Shown: positions 1 to 12,563, numbered from the stretch's first letter. The stretch is DNA of 64,000 nt from Nemertoderma westbladi (GCA_032718475.1 JAUCBJ010006847.1:3610-67609), one strand, 5' to 3'. The notes: generated by a model not told the origin, from the letters alone. Translations and numbers: made by a program.

Positions 1-868
1 GTATCTAGTGGGTAAGAACCGATGGTGTTTGGTGTATATCTAGTGGGTAAGGACCGATGGTGTTGGGTGTGTGTATCTAGTGGGTAAGGATCGATGGTGT
101 TGGGTGTGTGTATCTAATGGGTAAGGACCGATGGTGTTGGGTGTGTATCTAATGGGTAAACCGATGGGTGTGTGTGTGTGTATCTAGTGGGTAAGGACCG
201 ATGGTGTCGGGTGTGCATCTAGTGGGGAAGGACCGATTGTGTTGGGTGTGTGTATCTAATGGGTAAGGACCGATGGTGTTTGGTGTGTATCTAATGGGTA
301 AGCCGATGGGGGTGGGTGTGTGTATCTAGTGGGTAAGGACCGATGGTGTCGGGTGTGTATCTAGTGGGTAAGGACCGATTGTATTGGGTGTGTGTATCTA
401 ATGGGTAACGACCGATGGTGTCGGGTGTGTATCTAGTGGGTAAGGACCGATGGTGTTGGGTGTGTGTATCTAATGGGTAACGACCGATGGTGTTGGGTGT
501 GTATATCTAGTGGGTAAGGACTTGTGGTGTTGGGTGTGTATCTAGTGGGTAAGGACCGATGGTGTTGGGTGTGTGTATCTAGTGGGTAAGGGACGATGGT
601 GTTGGGTGTGTATCTAGTGGGTAAGGACCGATGGTCTTGGGTGTGTATCTAGTGGGTAAGAACCGATGGTGTTGGGTGTGTGTATCTAATGGGAAACGAC
701 CGGTGGTGTCGGGTGTGTATCTAGTGGGAAAGGACGGTGTTTGTTGGGTGTGTGTATCTAGTGGGTAAGGACCGATGGTGTTGGGTGTGTGTATCTAATG
801 GGTAACGACCGATGGTGTCGGGTGTGTATCTAATGGGTAAGGACTGGGGGTGTTGGGTGTGTATCTAT
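1..868. repeat. ~34-36 bp G/T-rich minisatellite (GTATCTAGTGGGTAAGGACCGATGGTGTTGGGTGT), runs off the window start; intronic in pappalysin
   Basis: Directly visible tandem units with variable (GT)n length. Confidence 0.97.
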
Positions 869-944
869 AGTATATGTCTAGTAGCCGGTGGTGTTTACTT
901 TACATGTAGGGGGTGTAGAACGATAAAGTATAAAACTCACTTAC

Positions 945-1129
945 CTAACGAGTAAGTAGCATCATCTGTGCAGTTGGTTGTCATGGTGCTCATACTCGGC
1001 AACGCGAAGCTACAATTAGCATTATTTACATTATCGCAAAGATGCAACTTATCCTTCCATCGCCTATTATGACGACAACTTAACGTCTGATCGCTATTGC
1101 AGGATATATTATTTAGAGTACATATCGAC
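945..1129 (-). CDS. PAPPA: Pappalysin-family exon (CCP/sushi region)
   Basis: cag|...|gtaagt boundaries, phase 2 to 1. Translates SICTLNNISCNSDQTLSCRHNRRWKDKLHLCDNVNNANCSFALPSMSTMTTNCTDDATYSL. Cys/Trp spacing matches my recollection of PAPP-A CCP4-5 (HCRKDGTWNGSFHVC). In frame with exon 7993-8118. Confidence 0.85.
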
Positions 1130-1193
1130 CTGGGATAAAATAATTTATTATATTTATTAGTTTATATTATGTTATATAATATTATTTTATTAG

Positions 1194-4100
1194 CGCAGCT
1201 CAGGAGGCTGATAACCGGAAATTCCGAAAGTATGAGTATCTTAGAAAGCGGGGCTACTTGTTCTCTCCGGTCGCATTTGAGACTTTGGGGAGACCGGTGT
1301 CAGGGGGGGCATCAACAAGCCGGTTCCTCAAAGTGATCGGGAAAAGGATCCGGGAAGTGACGCTGGAGCCACGGTCCTACCAGTTCCTGATGCAGCCAAT
1401 CCTCATGACGCTGGAGCCACGGTCCTACCAGTTTCTGATGCAGCCAATCCTCATGACACTGGAGCCACGGTCCTACCAGTTCCTCATGCAGCCAATCCTC
1501 GTGACGCTGGAGCCACGGTCCTACCAGTTCCTGATGCAGCGAATCCTCGTGATGCTGGAGCCACGGTCCTACCAGTTCCTGATGCAGCCAATCCTCGTGA
1601 CGTTGGAGCCATGGTCCTACCAGTTCCTGATTGAGCAAATCCTCGTGACGCTGGAGCCACGGTCCTTCCAGTTCCTAATGCAGCCAATCGTCGTGACGCT
1701 GGAGCCACGGTCCTACCAGTTCCTGGTGCAGCGAATCCTCGTGATGCTGGAGCCACGGTCCTACCAGTTCCTGATGCAGCCAATCCTCGTGACGTTGGAG
1801 CCACTCGGTCCTACCAGTTCCTGATTGAGCCAATCCTCGTGATGCTGGAGCCACGGTCCTTCCAGTTCCTAATGCAGCCAATCGTCGTGACGCTGGAGCC
1901 ACGGTCCTACCAGTTCCTGGTGCAGCGAATCCTCGTGATGCTGGAGCCACGGTCCTACCAGTTTCTGATGCAGCGAATCCTCGTGATGCTGGAGCCATGG
2001 TCCTACCAGTTCCTGATGCAGCCAATCCTCGTGACGTTGGAGCCACGGTCCTACCAGTTCCTGATTGAGCCAATCCTCGTGACGCTGGAGCCACGGTCCT
2101 TCCAGTTCCTAATGCAGCCAATCGTCGTGACGCTGGAGCCACGGTCCTACCAGTTCCTAATACAGCCAATCGTCGTGACGCTGGAGCCACGGTCCTACCA
2201 GTTCCTGGTGCAGCGAATCCTCGTGATGCTGGAGCCACGGTCCTACCAGTTCCTGATGCAGCCAATCCTCGTGACATTGGAGCCACGGTCTTACCAGTTC
2301 CTGATTGAGCCAATCCTCGTGACGCTGGAGCCACGGTCCTTCCAGTTCCTAATGCAGCCAATCGTCGTGACGCTGGAGCCACGGTCCTACCAGTTCCTGA
2401 TGCAGCCAATCCTCGTGACGCTGGAGCCACGGTCCCACCAGTTTCTGATGCAGCGAATCCTCGTGATGCTGGAGCCATGGTCCTACCAGTTTCTGATGCA
2501 GCCAATCCTCGTGACGCTGGAGCCACGGTCCTTCCAGTTCCTGATGCAGCCGATCCTCGTGACGCTGGAGCCACGGTCCTACCAGTTTCTGATGCAGCGA
2601 ATCCTCGTGATCCTGGAGCCATGGTCCTACCAGTTTCTGATGCAGCCAATCCTCGTGACGCTGGAGCCACGGTCCTACCAGTTCCTGATGCAGCCAATCC
2701 TCGTGACGCTGGAGCCACGGTCCTACCAGTTCCTGATGCAGCCAATCCTCGTGACGCTGGAGCCACGGTCCTACCAGTTCCTGGTGCAGCGAATCCTCGT
2801 GATGCTGGAGCCACGGTCCTACCAGTTCCTGATGCAGCCAATCCTCGTGACGTTGGAGCCACGGTCCTACCAGTTCCTGATTGAGCCAATCCTCGTGACG
2901 CTGGAGCCACGGTCCTTCCAGTTCCTAATGCAGCCAATCGTCGTGACGCTGGAGCCACGGTCCTACCAGTTCCTGGTGCAGCGAATCGTCGTGATGCTGG
3001 AGCCACGTTCCTACCAGTTCCTGATGCAGCCAATCCTCGTGACGTTGGAGCCACGGTCCTACCAGTTCCTGATTGAGCCAATCCTCGTGACGCTGGAGCC
3101 ACGGTCCTTCCAGTTCCTAATGCAGCCAATCGTCGTGACGCTGGAGCCACGGTCCTACCAGTTCCTGATGCAGCGAATCCTCGTGATGCTGGAGCCATGG
3201 TCCTACCAGTTCCTGGTGCAGCGAATCCTCGTGATGCTGGAGCCAGGGTCCTACCAGTTCCTGATGCAGCCAATCCTCGTGACGTTGGAGCCACGGTCCT
3301 ACCAGTTCCTGATTGAGCCAATCCTCATGATGCTGGAGCCACAGTCCTTCCAGTTCCTAATGCAGCCAATCGTCGTGACGCTGGAGCCACGGTCCTACCA
3401 GTTCCTGGTGCAGCGAATCCTCGTGATGCTGGAGCCACGGTCCTACCAGTTCCTGATGCAGCCAATCCTCGTGACGTTGGAGCCACGGTCCTACCAGTTC
3501 CTGCTTGAGCCAATCCTCGTGATGCTGGAGCCACGGTCCTTCCAGTTCCTAATGCAGCTAATCGCCGTGACGCTGGAGCCACGGTCCTACCAGTTCCTGA
3601 TGCAGCGAATCCTCGTGATGCTGGAGCCATGGTCCTACCAGTTCCTGGTGCAGCGAATCCTCGTGATGTTGGAGCCACGGTCCTACCAGTTCCTGATGCA
3701 GCCAATCCTCGTGACGTTGGAGCCACGGTCCTACCAGTTCCTGATTGAGCCAATCCTCGTGATGCTGGAGCCACGGTCCTTCCATTTCCTAATGCAGCCA
3801 ATCGTCGTGACGCTGGAGCCATGGTCCTACCAGTTCCTGGTGCAGCGAATCCTCGTGATGCTGGAGCCACGGTCCTACCAGTTCCTGATGCAGCCAATCC
3901 TCGTGACGTTGGAGCCACGGTCCTACCAGTTCCTGATTGAGCCAATCCTCGTGACGCTGGAGCCACGGTCCTTCCAGTTCCTAATGCAGCCAATCGTCGT
4001 GACGCTGGAGCCACGGTCCTACAAGTTCCTGGTGCAGCGAATCCTCGTGATGCTGGAGCCACGGTCCTACCAGTTCCTGATGCAGCGAATCCTCATGATG

Positions 4101-6110
4101 CTGGAGCCACGGTCCTACCAGTTCCTGATGCAGCCAATCCTCGTGACGTTGGAGCCACGGTCCTACCAGTACCTGATTGAGCCAATCCTCGTGACGCTGG
4201 AGCCACGGTCCTTCCAGTTCCTAATGCAGCCAATCGTCGTGACGCTGGAGCCATGGTCCTACCAGTTCCTGATGCAGCGAATCCTCGTGATGCTGGAGCC
4301 ATGGTCCTACCAGTTCCTGGTGCAGCGACCCCGTGATGCTGGAGCCACGGTCCTACCAGTTCCTGATGCAGCCAATCCTCGTGACGTTGGAGCCACGGTC
4401 CTACCAGTTCCTGATTGAGCCAATCCTCGTGACGCTGGAGCCACGGTCCTTCCAGTTCCTAATGCAGCCAATCGTCGTGACGCTGGACCCACGGTCCTAC
4501 CAGTTCCTGATGCAGCGAATCCTCGTGACGCTGGAGCCACGGTCCTTGCAGTTCCTAATGCAGCCAATCGTCGTGACGCTGGAGCCATGGTCCTACCAGT
4601 TCCTGGTGCAGCGAATCCTCGTGATGCTGGAGCCACGGTCCTACCAGTTCCTGATGCAGCCAATCCTCGTGACATTGGAGCCACGGTCCTACCAGTTCCT
4701 GATTGAGCCAATCCTCATGACGCTGGAGCCACGGTCCTTCCAGTTCCTAATGCAGCCAATCGTCGTGATGCTGGAGCCACGGTCCTACCAGTTCCTGATG
4801 CAGCCAATCCTCGTGACGCTGGAGCCACGGTCCCACCAGTTTCTGATGCAGCGAATCCTCGTGATGCTGGAGCCATGGTCCTACCAGTTTCTGATGCAGC
4901 CAATCCTCGTGACGCTGGAGCCACGGTCCTTCCAGTTCCTGATGCAGCCAATCCTCGTGACGCTGGAGCCACGGTCCTACCAGTTTCTGATGCAGCGAAT
5001 CCTCGTGACGCTGGAGCCACGGTCCTACCAGTTCCTGATGCAGCGAATCCTCGTGATGCTGCAGCCACGGTCCTTCCAGTTCCTGATGCAGCGAATCCTC
5101 GTGACGCTGGAGCCACGGTCCTACCAGTTCCTGATGCAGCCAATCCTCGTGATGCTGGAGCCACGGTCCTACCAATTCCTGATGCAGCGAATCGTCGTGA
5201 CGCTGGAGCCACGGTCTTACCAGTTCCTGATGCAGCCAATCCTCGTGACGCTGGAGCCACGGTCCTTCCAGTTCCTGATTGAGCCAATCCTCGTGACGCT
5301 GGAGCCACGGTCCTTCCAGTTCCTAATGCAGCCAATCGTCGTGACGCTGGACCCACGGTCCTACCAGTTCCTGATGCAGCGAATCGTCGTGACGCTGGAG
5401 CCACGGTCTTACCAGTTCCTGATGCAGCCAATCCTCGTGACGCTGGAGCCACGGTCCTTCCAGTTCCTGATTGAGCCAATCCTCGTGACGCTGGAGCCAC
5501 GGTCCTTCCAGTTCCTAATGCAGCCAATCGTCGTGACGCTGGACCCACGGTCCTACCAGTTCCTGATGCAGCGAATCCTCGTGACGCTGGAGCCACGGTC
5601 CTTGCAGTTCCTAATGCAGCCAATCGTCGTGACGCTGGAGCCATGGTCCTACCAGTTCCTGGTGCAGCGAATCCTCGTGATGCTGGAGCCACGGTCCTAC
5701 CAGTTCCTGATGCAGCCAATCCTCGTGACGTTGGAGCCACGGTCTTACCAGTTCCTGATGCAGCGAATCCTCGTGACGCTGGAGCCACGGTCCTACCAGT
5801 TCCTGATGCAGCGAATCCTCGTGATGCTGCAGCCACGGTCCTTCCAGTTCCTGATGCAGCGAATCCTCGTGACGCTGGAGCCACGGTCCTACCAGTTCCT
5901 GATGCAGCCAATCCTCGTGATGCTGGAGCCACGGTCCTACCAATTCCTGATGCAGCGAATCGTCGTGACGCTGGAGCCACGGTCTTACCAGTTCCTGATG
6001 CAGCCAATCCTCGTGACGCTGGAGCCACGGTCCGATGAGTTCCTGATGCAGTCAATTAATCAGGGGAATGCTACATCAGTAATGGGGACGATGGACTGCA
6101 TGGATGGTGA
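1194..6110 (+). mobile_element. 3' fragment of a CRE-like (restriction-like endonuclease) non-LTR retrotransposon, inflated by a 45-bp minisatellite
   Basis: Left flank translates AAQEADNRKFRKYEYLRKRGYLFSPVAFETLG...SRFLKVIGKRIREVT; right flank translates FLMQSINQGNATSVMGT. This matches the typical RLE C-terminus (RK..KY...F.PVAVETLG...FL.QRIS.AIQRGNA.S..GT). Confidence 0.75.
1357..6050. repeat. 45-bp minisatellite, ~104 units (GTGACGCTGGAGCCACGGTCCTACCAGTTCCTGATGCAGCCAATCCTC-type), with higher-order structure
   Basis: Direct tandem repeat. It explains all the long repetitive ORFs between 1258 and 6132. Frame breaks near 1805 and 4328. Confidence 0.98.
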
Positions 6111-7084
6111 TGGGGGATTTATTACCACCTAAATGCCCCGCCTCACCGGGCTGCGCTGGCCTTGTAAAAATGTTTGTGTAGCTGAGACTTATGAAAAACA
6201 CTTTGTTCATTAAGTTTGTACATTAAGTTCATGGGTGGGTGATTTATTTAGTTAATTAGCCAGCGTGAGCATGGAATGGATATTTCGGTTTCTATATACT
6301 ATCATAGATTTTTGTGGTAAATATAAAATTTTATAATATTTTCACAACATAGATATTTGTGATGTTTTAATATTATGTAGGTAGGAGTATCATGATTAAT
6401 GTATGTATATGTGTGTTTAGGTAGTATCATAAATTTGTGCATTGTTAATTAAATATAACTTCAATATTGTTATGGAAGATTTTAAATATGTAGTAACTAC
6501 AGTATTAGATTAAATGATAATAAATTTATAATTAACATCATTAAAAAAAAATATTGGTTTAAAATTTATTTTGTTCAAATAGAACCAAACTCAGATATAT
6601 TTTAGATTAAATTAACTCAACATTAAGGGGCGAGGTAGCGATCCCAAACAGAACATTTCATTAAGTGAAGTTTTCGCATCCTAAAATTGTGTGGAAATTA
6701 AATTTAGTGATACCAAACATCGTCTGGGGAATTTAGGAATGGACAATCCAATTTTTTTCTAAAAGACTACAAAATGGCACTTTTGCGGCCAAGAAGGCCA
6801 TTCCATAGTGCCAAAAAGGATTTCTTGAACATTTCTGTTTCTATTGCGTTCAAATTTGGTGAATCGGTTCAATTCATGGTAGCACCCAATAATGCTATCA
6901 TACAAGTTTGGTTGAAATTGAGCTGCTCCAGCTACATTTCAGCTCAGTTCCACAAAAAGGCCCAAAAAGTGCCCTTTCACTCTGAAAAGCATTTTTAACC
7001 AAAATTGCTTGATTAGTCGATTTCAACTGATTTCATCAAAAAAATTTTGAGAAATATAATTTTTCGTAAAGAAAATACGTCGAC

Positions 7085-7330
7085 CTCAAAGGGTAACACG
7101 CTTGCACCATTCTTATTCATAATAGTGGTGGATTATGTTATTCGCTTGTCATTAGAACATCATAATAAATATGTGGTAATTGTAACACCTCTTCCTACTG
7201 GCTCCAGAAGTAAGTCGAGCAAATGCAGCCCATCATCACCTTACTAATCTAGACTGCTGATGACCTGGGAGTCACTCCCGGAACTCCGGGAATCACTACG
7301 ATCCCAATGGCTCCTCAGCTCACCTCCTAA
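7085..7330 (+). mobile_element. Degenerate LINE reverse-transcriptase fragment (same family as 57843-59960)
   Basis: GNTLAPFLFIIVVDYVIRLSLEHHN matches GDTLAPFLFIIVVDYVLRMSLDHHN at 58629-58925. Confidence 0.85.
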
Positions 7331-7992
7331 TTTTTAGGTCCGCGTAGCGCGACTTCTAGTATTCGCTCCTTTGTTGTTGTTGTTGTGTGGTGTTGTTAAT
7401 TTCTCGTTAGGTTTTGGTATTAAGGCTTTGATACGGCCCCAGTGGCTCAGTTGGCAGAACGTGGGACTTGGAATCTCTAGGTACCGGTGAATGTTTTTTG
7501 TTGTAAGATTGGTAGTAAGCCATTCAATGAGACAGTCCATTCGTTAGTAGACGCGGACCTTTGCGCGATTTCGCGCTTGTTTTCTAGAGGCGCCTAAAGT
7601 TCTTGGTCTGTTGAATTTAACTAGACAGCAAAGATAACAGACCCTTTACAGGCTGTTTATAGTGTTGGATAACAGGCACTTTAGAGGTTGCTTCTAGTCT
7701 TGGTTAACATAAGCCAATATACATTAACATTAGTTCAATTAAGTTGCATGAGCCCCAAAGATGACACGAATGCGCCTGTGGATGAAATCTGTTACTTGGG
7801 ATCCGGTGAATTTCAGTTGTACAGATTAATTTGCTTCAGATATTAAATCCGAATATTCCATTATAGTATTTTAGTTTCGAGTTCATTCAATTCAATTAAA
7901 AAAATGGAATTTTAATGCTACACTAAAATATCGAGTGTCACCACTTGACTATTAATTAAAATTAATTGCGCTTTACATATGGAATCACTTAC

Positions 7993-8118
7993 TGATAAGA
8001 TGTTCCCTTCGTGCAATTCGCCGCTGGTTGATAAATAGCCGGGACTGGCGGACATGTGACTGGAACACAGGTAGGTCCTTCCCAATGAGGGCCTTTGCAA
8101 ACTCGATGGAATTCGCGA
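7993..8118 (-). CDS. PAPPA: Pappalysin-family exon (CCP3-4)
   Basis: ttag|...|gtaagt, phase 2 to 2, 126 nt. Translates REFHRVCKGPHWEGPTCVPVTCPPVPAIYQPAANCTKGTSY; CVPVTC.P is characteristic of PAPP-A. Not in the supplied ORF track frame. Confidence 0.9.
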
Positions 8119-8698
8119 CTAAATTGGATGGAATTCGCGATGAAAATGTACAAAGAGAAATAAATTAAAAGATTAACGGTTTACTAATGGGGGGGGGGGG
8201 GGGGGGGGGGGGGGGGGAAGTAAAAATACCGGATCAAAAAGTAAAAGTGGATGGACATCAGTAAATAAAAGGAATATTAGTTTATATTTTAGTGGGATCA
8301 CAAGTGTATCCACAATTGTAGATGATTTACAAGCCTGTTTAATAAAATGCTCTTATCCGTCTCATAAAGTGTCACACTTTACACAGTGGAGTAAAGTAAT
8401 GTTTCAGGTTTTAAGACAATTCAATCAATATTTCAGATAGGGGGGGGGGGGGGGGACTTTCGACGCAATAAAAATTAATCCCTCTCCAGGGGAAATTCGA
8501 CGCAAATAACAGCTGATTATTCTCAAAAATAAAACTGTAACCTGCTCTATTGAATTTAGTTTATTGTTAGTTAAAATAACGTGCCACAGTAACCAGCTCC
8601 TTTCCCTAAATTGAGAATTTAACATTGAGGCGGGTTATTAATTCGCCAAGATGGTATATTCGTCCAGTCTCCAACAATTATATATTAACTGTACTTAC

Positions 8699-8912
8699 AT
8701 TGTAACCGACTGGGAATATCCAGACACCATAAAGCCTTTTTTACACTTGTATGGGCAGATTGTTTGCATGGCAGATGGACCGGTTATTCGCCTACATATA
8801 CTGGATTTTACTGCATTTTCAAGCTCACCAGGAGGTTGACATTTCAATAAACAGTATACTTCTGGAGCTGACCAATAGCCATCTTCAAGACATGTCAATG
8901 TAGCGTTAACTC
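8699..8912 (-). CDS. PAPPA: Pappalysin-family exon (CCP2-3)
   Basis: atag|...|gtaagt, phase 1 to 2. Translates VNATLTCLEDGYWSAPEVYCLLKCQPP...CPYKCKKGF, resembling PAPP-A LTCMEDGLWSFPEALCELMC...CKYKCKPGY. Confidence 0.92.
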
Positions 8913-9034
8913 CTATATGGAAATATTACATACATATATCGCGCGACTAATAGGGTTCATCATAGGCCGTGCCTTTTTCCATTTTCACCCCTGACCAATA
9001 AGGGGTCAGCTGCAGTAGGAGCCAACCTTGGGCA

Positions 9035-10970
9035 GACTTATTACCTCACCTTTCCTTTTCACTCGTGATTGGATGACTTATTAACTCACCTTGCCCTTTC
9101 TCTCCTGAGTGACGTCTTATTAACTCACCTTTCCTTTTCACTCCTGATGCTGACTTATTAATTCACCTTGCCCTTTCACTCCTGAGTGACGTCTTATTAA
9201 CTCACCTTTCCTTTTCACTCCTGATGCTGACTTATTAACTCACCTTGCCCTTTCACTCTTGATAGGCTGACTTATTAACTCACCTTGCCTTTTCACTCCT
9301 GATTGGCTGACTTATTAACTCACCTTTCCTTTTCACTCCTGATTGGATGACTTATTAACTCACCTTTCCTTTTCACTCCTGATGCTGACTTATTAACTCA
9401 CCTTGCCCTTTCACTCCTGATTGGCTGACTTATTAACTCACCTTGCCCTTTCACTCCTGAGTGACGTCTTATTAACTCACCTTTCCTTTTCACTCCTGAT
9501 GCTGACTTATTAACTCACCTTTCCTTTTCACTCCTGATTGGATGACTTATTAACTCACCTTTCCTTTTCACTCCTGATGCTGACTTATTAACTCACCTTG
9601 CCCTTTCACTCCTGATTGGCTGACTTATTAACTCACCTTGCCCTTTCACTCCTGATTGGCTGATTTATTAACTCACCTTGCCCTTTCACTCCTGAGTGAC
9701 GTCTTATTAACTCACCTTTCCTTTTCACTCCTGATGCTGACTTATTAACTCACCTTTCCTTTTCACTCCTGATTGGATGACTTATTAACTCACCTTTCCT
9801 TTTCACTCCTGATGCTGACTTATTAACTCACCTTGCCCTTTCACTCCTGATAGGCTGACTTATTAACTCACCTTGCCTTTTCACTCCTGATTGGCTGACT
9901 TATTAACTCACCTTTCCTTTTCACTCCTGATTCTGTCTTATTAACTACCTTTCCCTTTCACTCCTGATAGGCTGACTTATTTATTAACTCACCTTGCCCT
10001 TTCACTCCTGATTGGCTAACTTATTAACTCACCTTGCCCTTTCACTCCTGATTGGCGTCTTATTAACTCACCTTTCCTTTTCACTCCTGATTGGCTGACT
10101 TATTAACTCACCTCTCCTTTTCATTCCTGATTGGCGACTTATTAACTCACCTTTCATTTTCACTCCTGATTGGCTGACTTATTAACTCACCTCTCCTTTT
10201 CACTCCTGATTGGCTGACTTATTAACTCACCTTTCCTTTTCATTCCTGATTGGCTGACTTATTAACTCACCTCTCCTTTTCACTCCTGATTGGCGACTTA
10301 TTAACTCACCTTTCATTTTCACTCCTGATTGGCTGACTTATTAACTCACCTTTCATTTTCACTCCTGATTGGCTGACTTATTAACTCACCTTGCCTTTTC
10401 ACTCCTGATTGGCTGACTTATTAACTCACCTTGCCCTTACACTCCTGATTGGCTGACTTATTAACTCACCTCTCCTTTTCACTCCTGATTGGCTGACTTA
10501 TTAACTCACCTTGCCTTTTCACTCCTGATTGGCTGACTTATTAACTCACCTTGCCCTTACACTCCTGATTGGCGACTTATTAACTCACCTTTCATTTTCA
10601 CTCCTGATTGGCTGACTTATTAACTCACCTTTCATTTTCACTCCTGATTGGCTGACTTATTAACTCACCTTGCCCTTACACTCCTGATTGGCTGACTTAT
10701 TAACTCACCTCTCCTTTTCACTCCTGATTGGCTGACTTATTAACTCACCTTGCCTTTTCACTCCTGATTGGCTGACTTATTAACTCACCTTGCCCTTACA
10801 CTCCTGATTGGCTGACTTATTAACTCACCTCTCCTTTTCACTCCTGATTGGCTGACTTATTAACTCACCTTGCCTTTTCACTCCTGATTGGCTGACTTAT
10901 TAACTCACCTTGCCCTTACACTCCTGATTGGCTGACTTATTAACCCACCTTTCCTTTTCACCCCTGATTG
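9035..10970 (-). repeat. 38-40 bp minisatellite made of the exon 3' end plus 5' splice site (CCAATCAGGAGTGAAAAGGAAAG|GTGAGTTAATAAGTCAG), ~48 copies
   Basis: The terminal unit overlaps the last ~22 nt of exon 10949-11140 and its donor. Confidence 0.95.
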
Positions 10971-11140
10971 ACACTTGATGTTTCCAGAGGCGCCTAAAAT
11001 TGTTGGTCTGTTGAAATTAACTAATCCAGCAAAGATAGCAGGTGGTTCACCACATTCTATTGGCTGACAAGAGATATTGGGCGGATACCAGTTGCCATAG
11101 TAACATGCAACATATGGGCCCCCACCCGTGAGTGTGTAAC
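10949..11140 (-). CDS. PAPPA: Pappalysin-family exon (CCP1-2)
   Basis: atag|...|gtgggt, phase 1 to 1, 192 nt. Translates YTLTGGGPYVACYYGNWYPPNISCQPIECGEPPAIFAGLVNFNRPTILGASGNIKCQSGVKRK. Joins both neighbours in frame. Confidence 0.88.
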
Positions 11141-11618
11141 CTATAATATAATGAAATCAATGAATACGGTTTCGTTAAGTCGATAAATATTACGTATGCA
11201 TTATAACTATATTAGACTTACTAAATAAGGTTACATATACTAAATGTGATAATAATACAATACAATGATTATTATGTGGATATAATGTTATGATAATTTA
11301 ATAAAATTATGCAAGCGAAGCTAAAAAATCACTTCGTTTAAAAGAATAGCAAAAGGATATTTTGTAACAATGTACCTTAGGTTACCTAGGTAATTAGCAT
11401 TACCTAATGAGAAGATTATAGCGTTTTTAGAATATTTCTTACAAAATCTCCTATTTGGTTTAGATATACGGTAACTTTATAGAGATACCTTTATATAATT
11501 GCGCATATTGTATTTTATTTAATTTTAATATTTTAAACTAACCTTTTGGGATACTAAAATATACATTACCAATCATAGTGATACTTAGTTTAGTTACTAT
11601 TTCTAAACCTACACTCAC

Positions 11619-11905
11619 CGTTGTCGCATGTCGGGATGCAGATCTGCGTAGTTGTGTTGACGAACCCGTCTATCGCGCTTTCGCACTGAACCGTTCCTTG
11701 CGGTAGTACGAACTCAGCACAGACCTCACTAATAGTATTCCCTTCGCTGGGAGTCCCCAAACAGGTTCCGGCCCTGGGACTGTAGATATGGGAACAGTTC
11801 CTTGCCTTGAAGGAACTAGTCAGTTCCGGATCCGATTCAACATGAACTCCGTACAGAACTACCGGTTCGCACTGATATTCGTCGCAATCATCGTAATCAT
11901 TCACT
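11619..11905 (-). CDS. PAPPA: Pappalysin-family exon (pre-CCP region and start of CCP1)
   Basis: acag|...|gtgagt, phase 2 to 1. Cys-rich ORF 11590-11904 (YSPRAGTC...CAEFVLPQGTVQC...CIPTCDNG) resembles PAPP-A YSPAEQSC...CPEL...CTVSCRTG. Confidence 0.85.
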
Positions 11906-12064
11906 CTGTAAATAATTAATCGAAAGAAACGTAGTCAACTACTGTACTAGTACAGTAGGACTGTAGTAGTGTACTGTACTGTACTAGTAGCAGTGAAATG
12001 TAAATTTTAATTATAAGGATTTCAAATCTTTAAAAATATCAGAATTTTGTGGGGAAAAGCAGAA

Positions 12065-12563
12065 AATATGTGTTTGTTTACTAATATGTGCTTGTTTACT
12101 AATATGTGTTTGTTTACTAAATATGTGTTTGTTTACTAATATGTATTTGTTTACTAATATGTGTTTGTTTACAAATATGTGTTTGTTTACTAAGATGTGT
12201 TTGTTTACCAATATGTGTTTTTTTACTAATATGTGTTTGTTTACTAATATGTGTTTGTTTACTAATATGTGATTGTTTACTGATATGTGTTTGTTTACTA
12301 ATATGTGTTTGTTTACTAATATGTGTTTGTTTACTAATATGTATTTGTTTACCGATATGTGTTTGCTTACTAATATGTGTTTGTTTACTAATATGTGTTT
12401 GTTTACTAATATGTGTTTGTTTACTAATATGTGTTTGTTTACCAATATATGTTTGTTTACTAATATGTGTTTGTTTACCAATATGTGTTTGTTTACTAAT
12501 ATGTGTTTGTTTACTAATATGTGTTTGTTTACTAATATGTGATTGTTTACTGATATGTGTTTG
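12065..12563. repeat. 18-bp minisatellite (TGTGTTTGTTTACTAATA), left part
   Basis: Direct tandem repeat; source of the NKHILV/TNMCLF pseudo-ORFs. Confidence 0.97.

Noticed and set aside
1-868. Array of 3' splice acceptors (minus strand CCTTACCCACTAG|ATAC) mirroring the donor array
   Set aside because: The next exon is outside the window, and the unit does not translate into the expected sushi sequence, so it cannot be supported.
1258-6132. Long repetitive ORFs (859, 599, 548, 446 aa) as a real repeat-protein gene
   Set aside because: The 45-bp unit is a multiple of 3 and largely stop-free, so several frames on both strands are open. Two frameshifts break the main frame, and the flanks are a retrotransposon fragment.
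9035-10970. CRISPR array or recursive-splicing ratchet points
   Set aside because: There are no unique spacers or cas genes and the context is eukaryotic. The AG before each GT follows a purine-rich stretch rather than a polypyrimidine tract.
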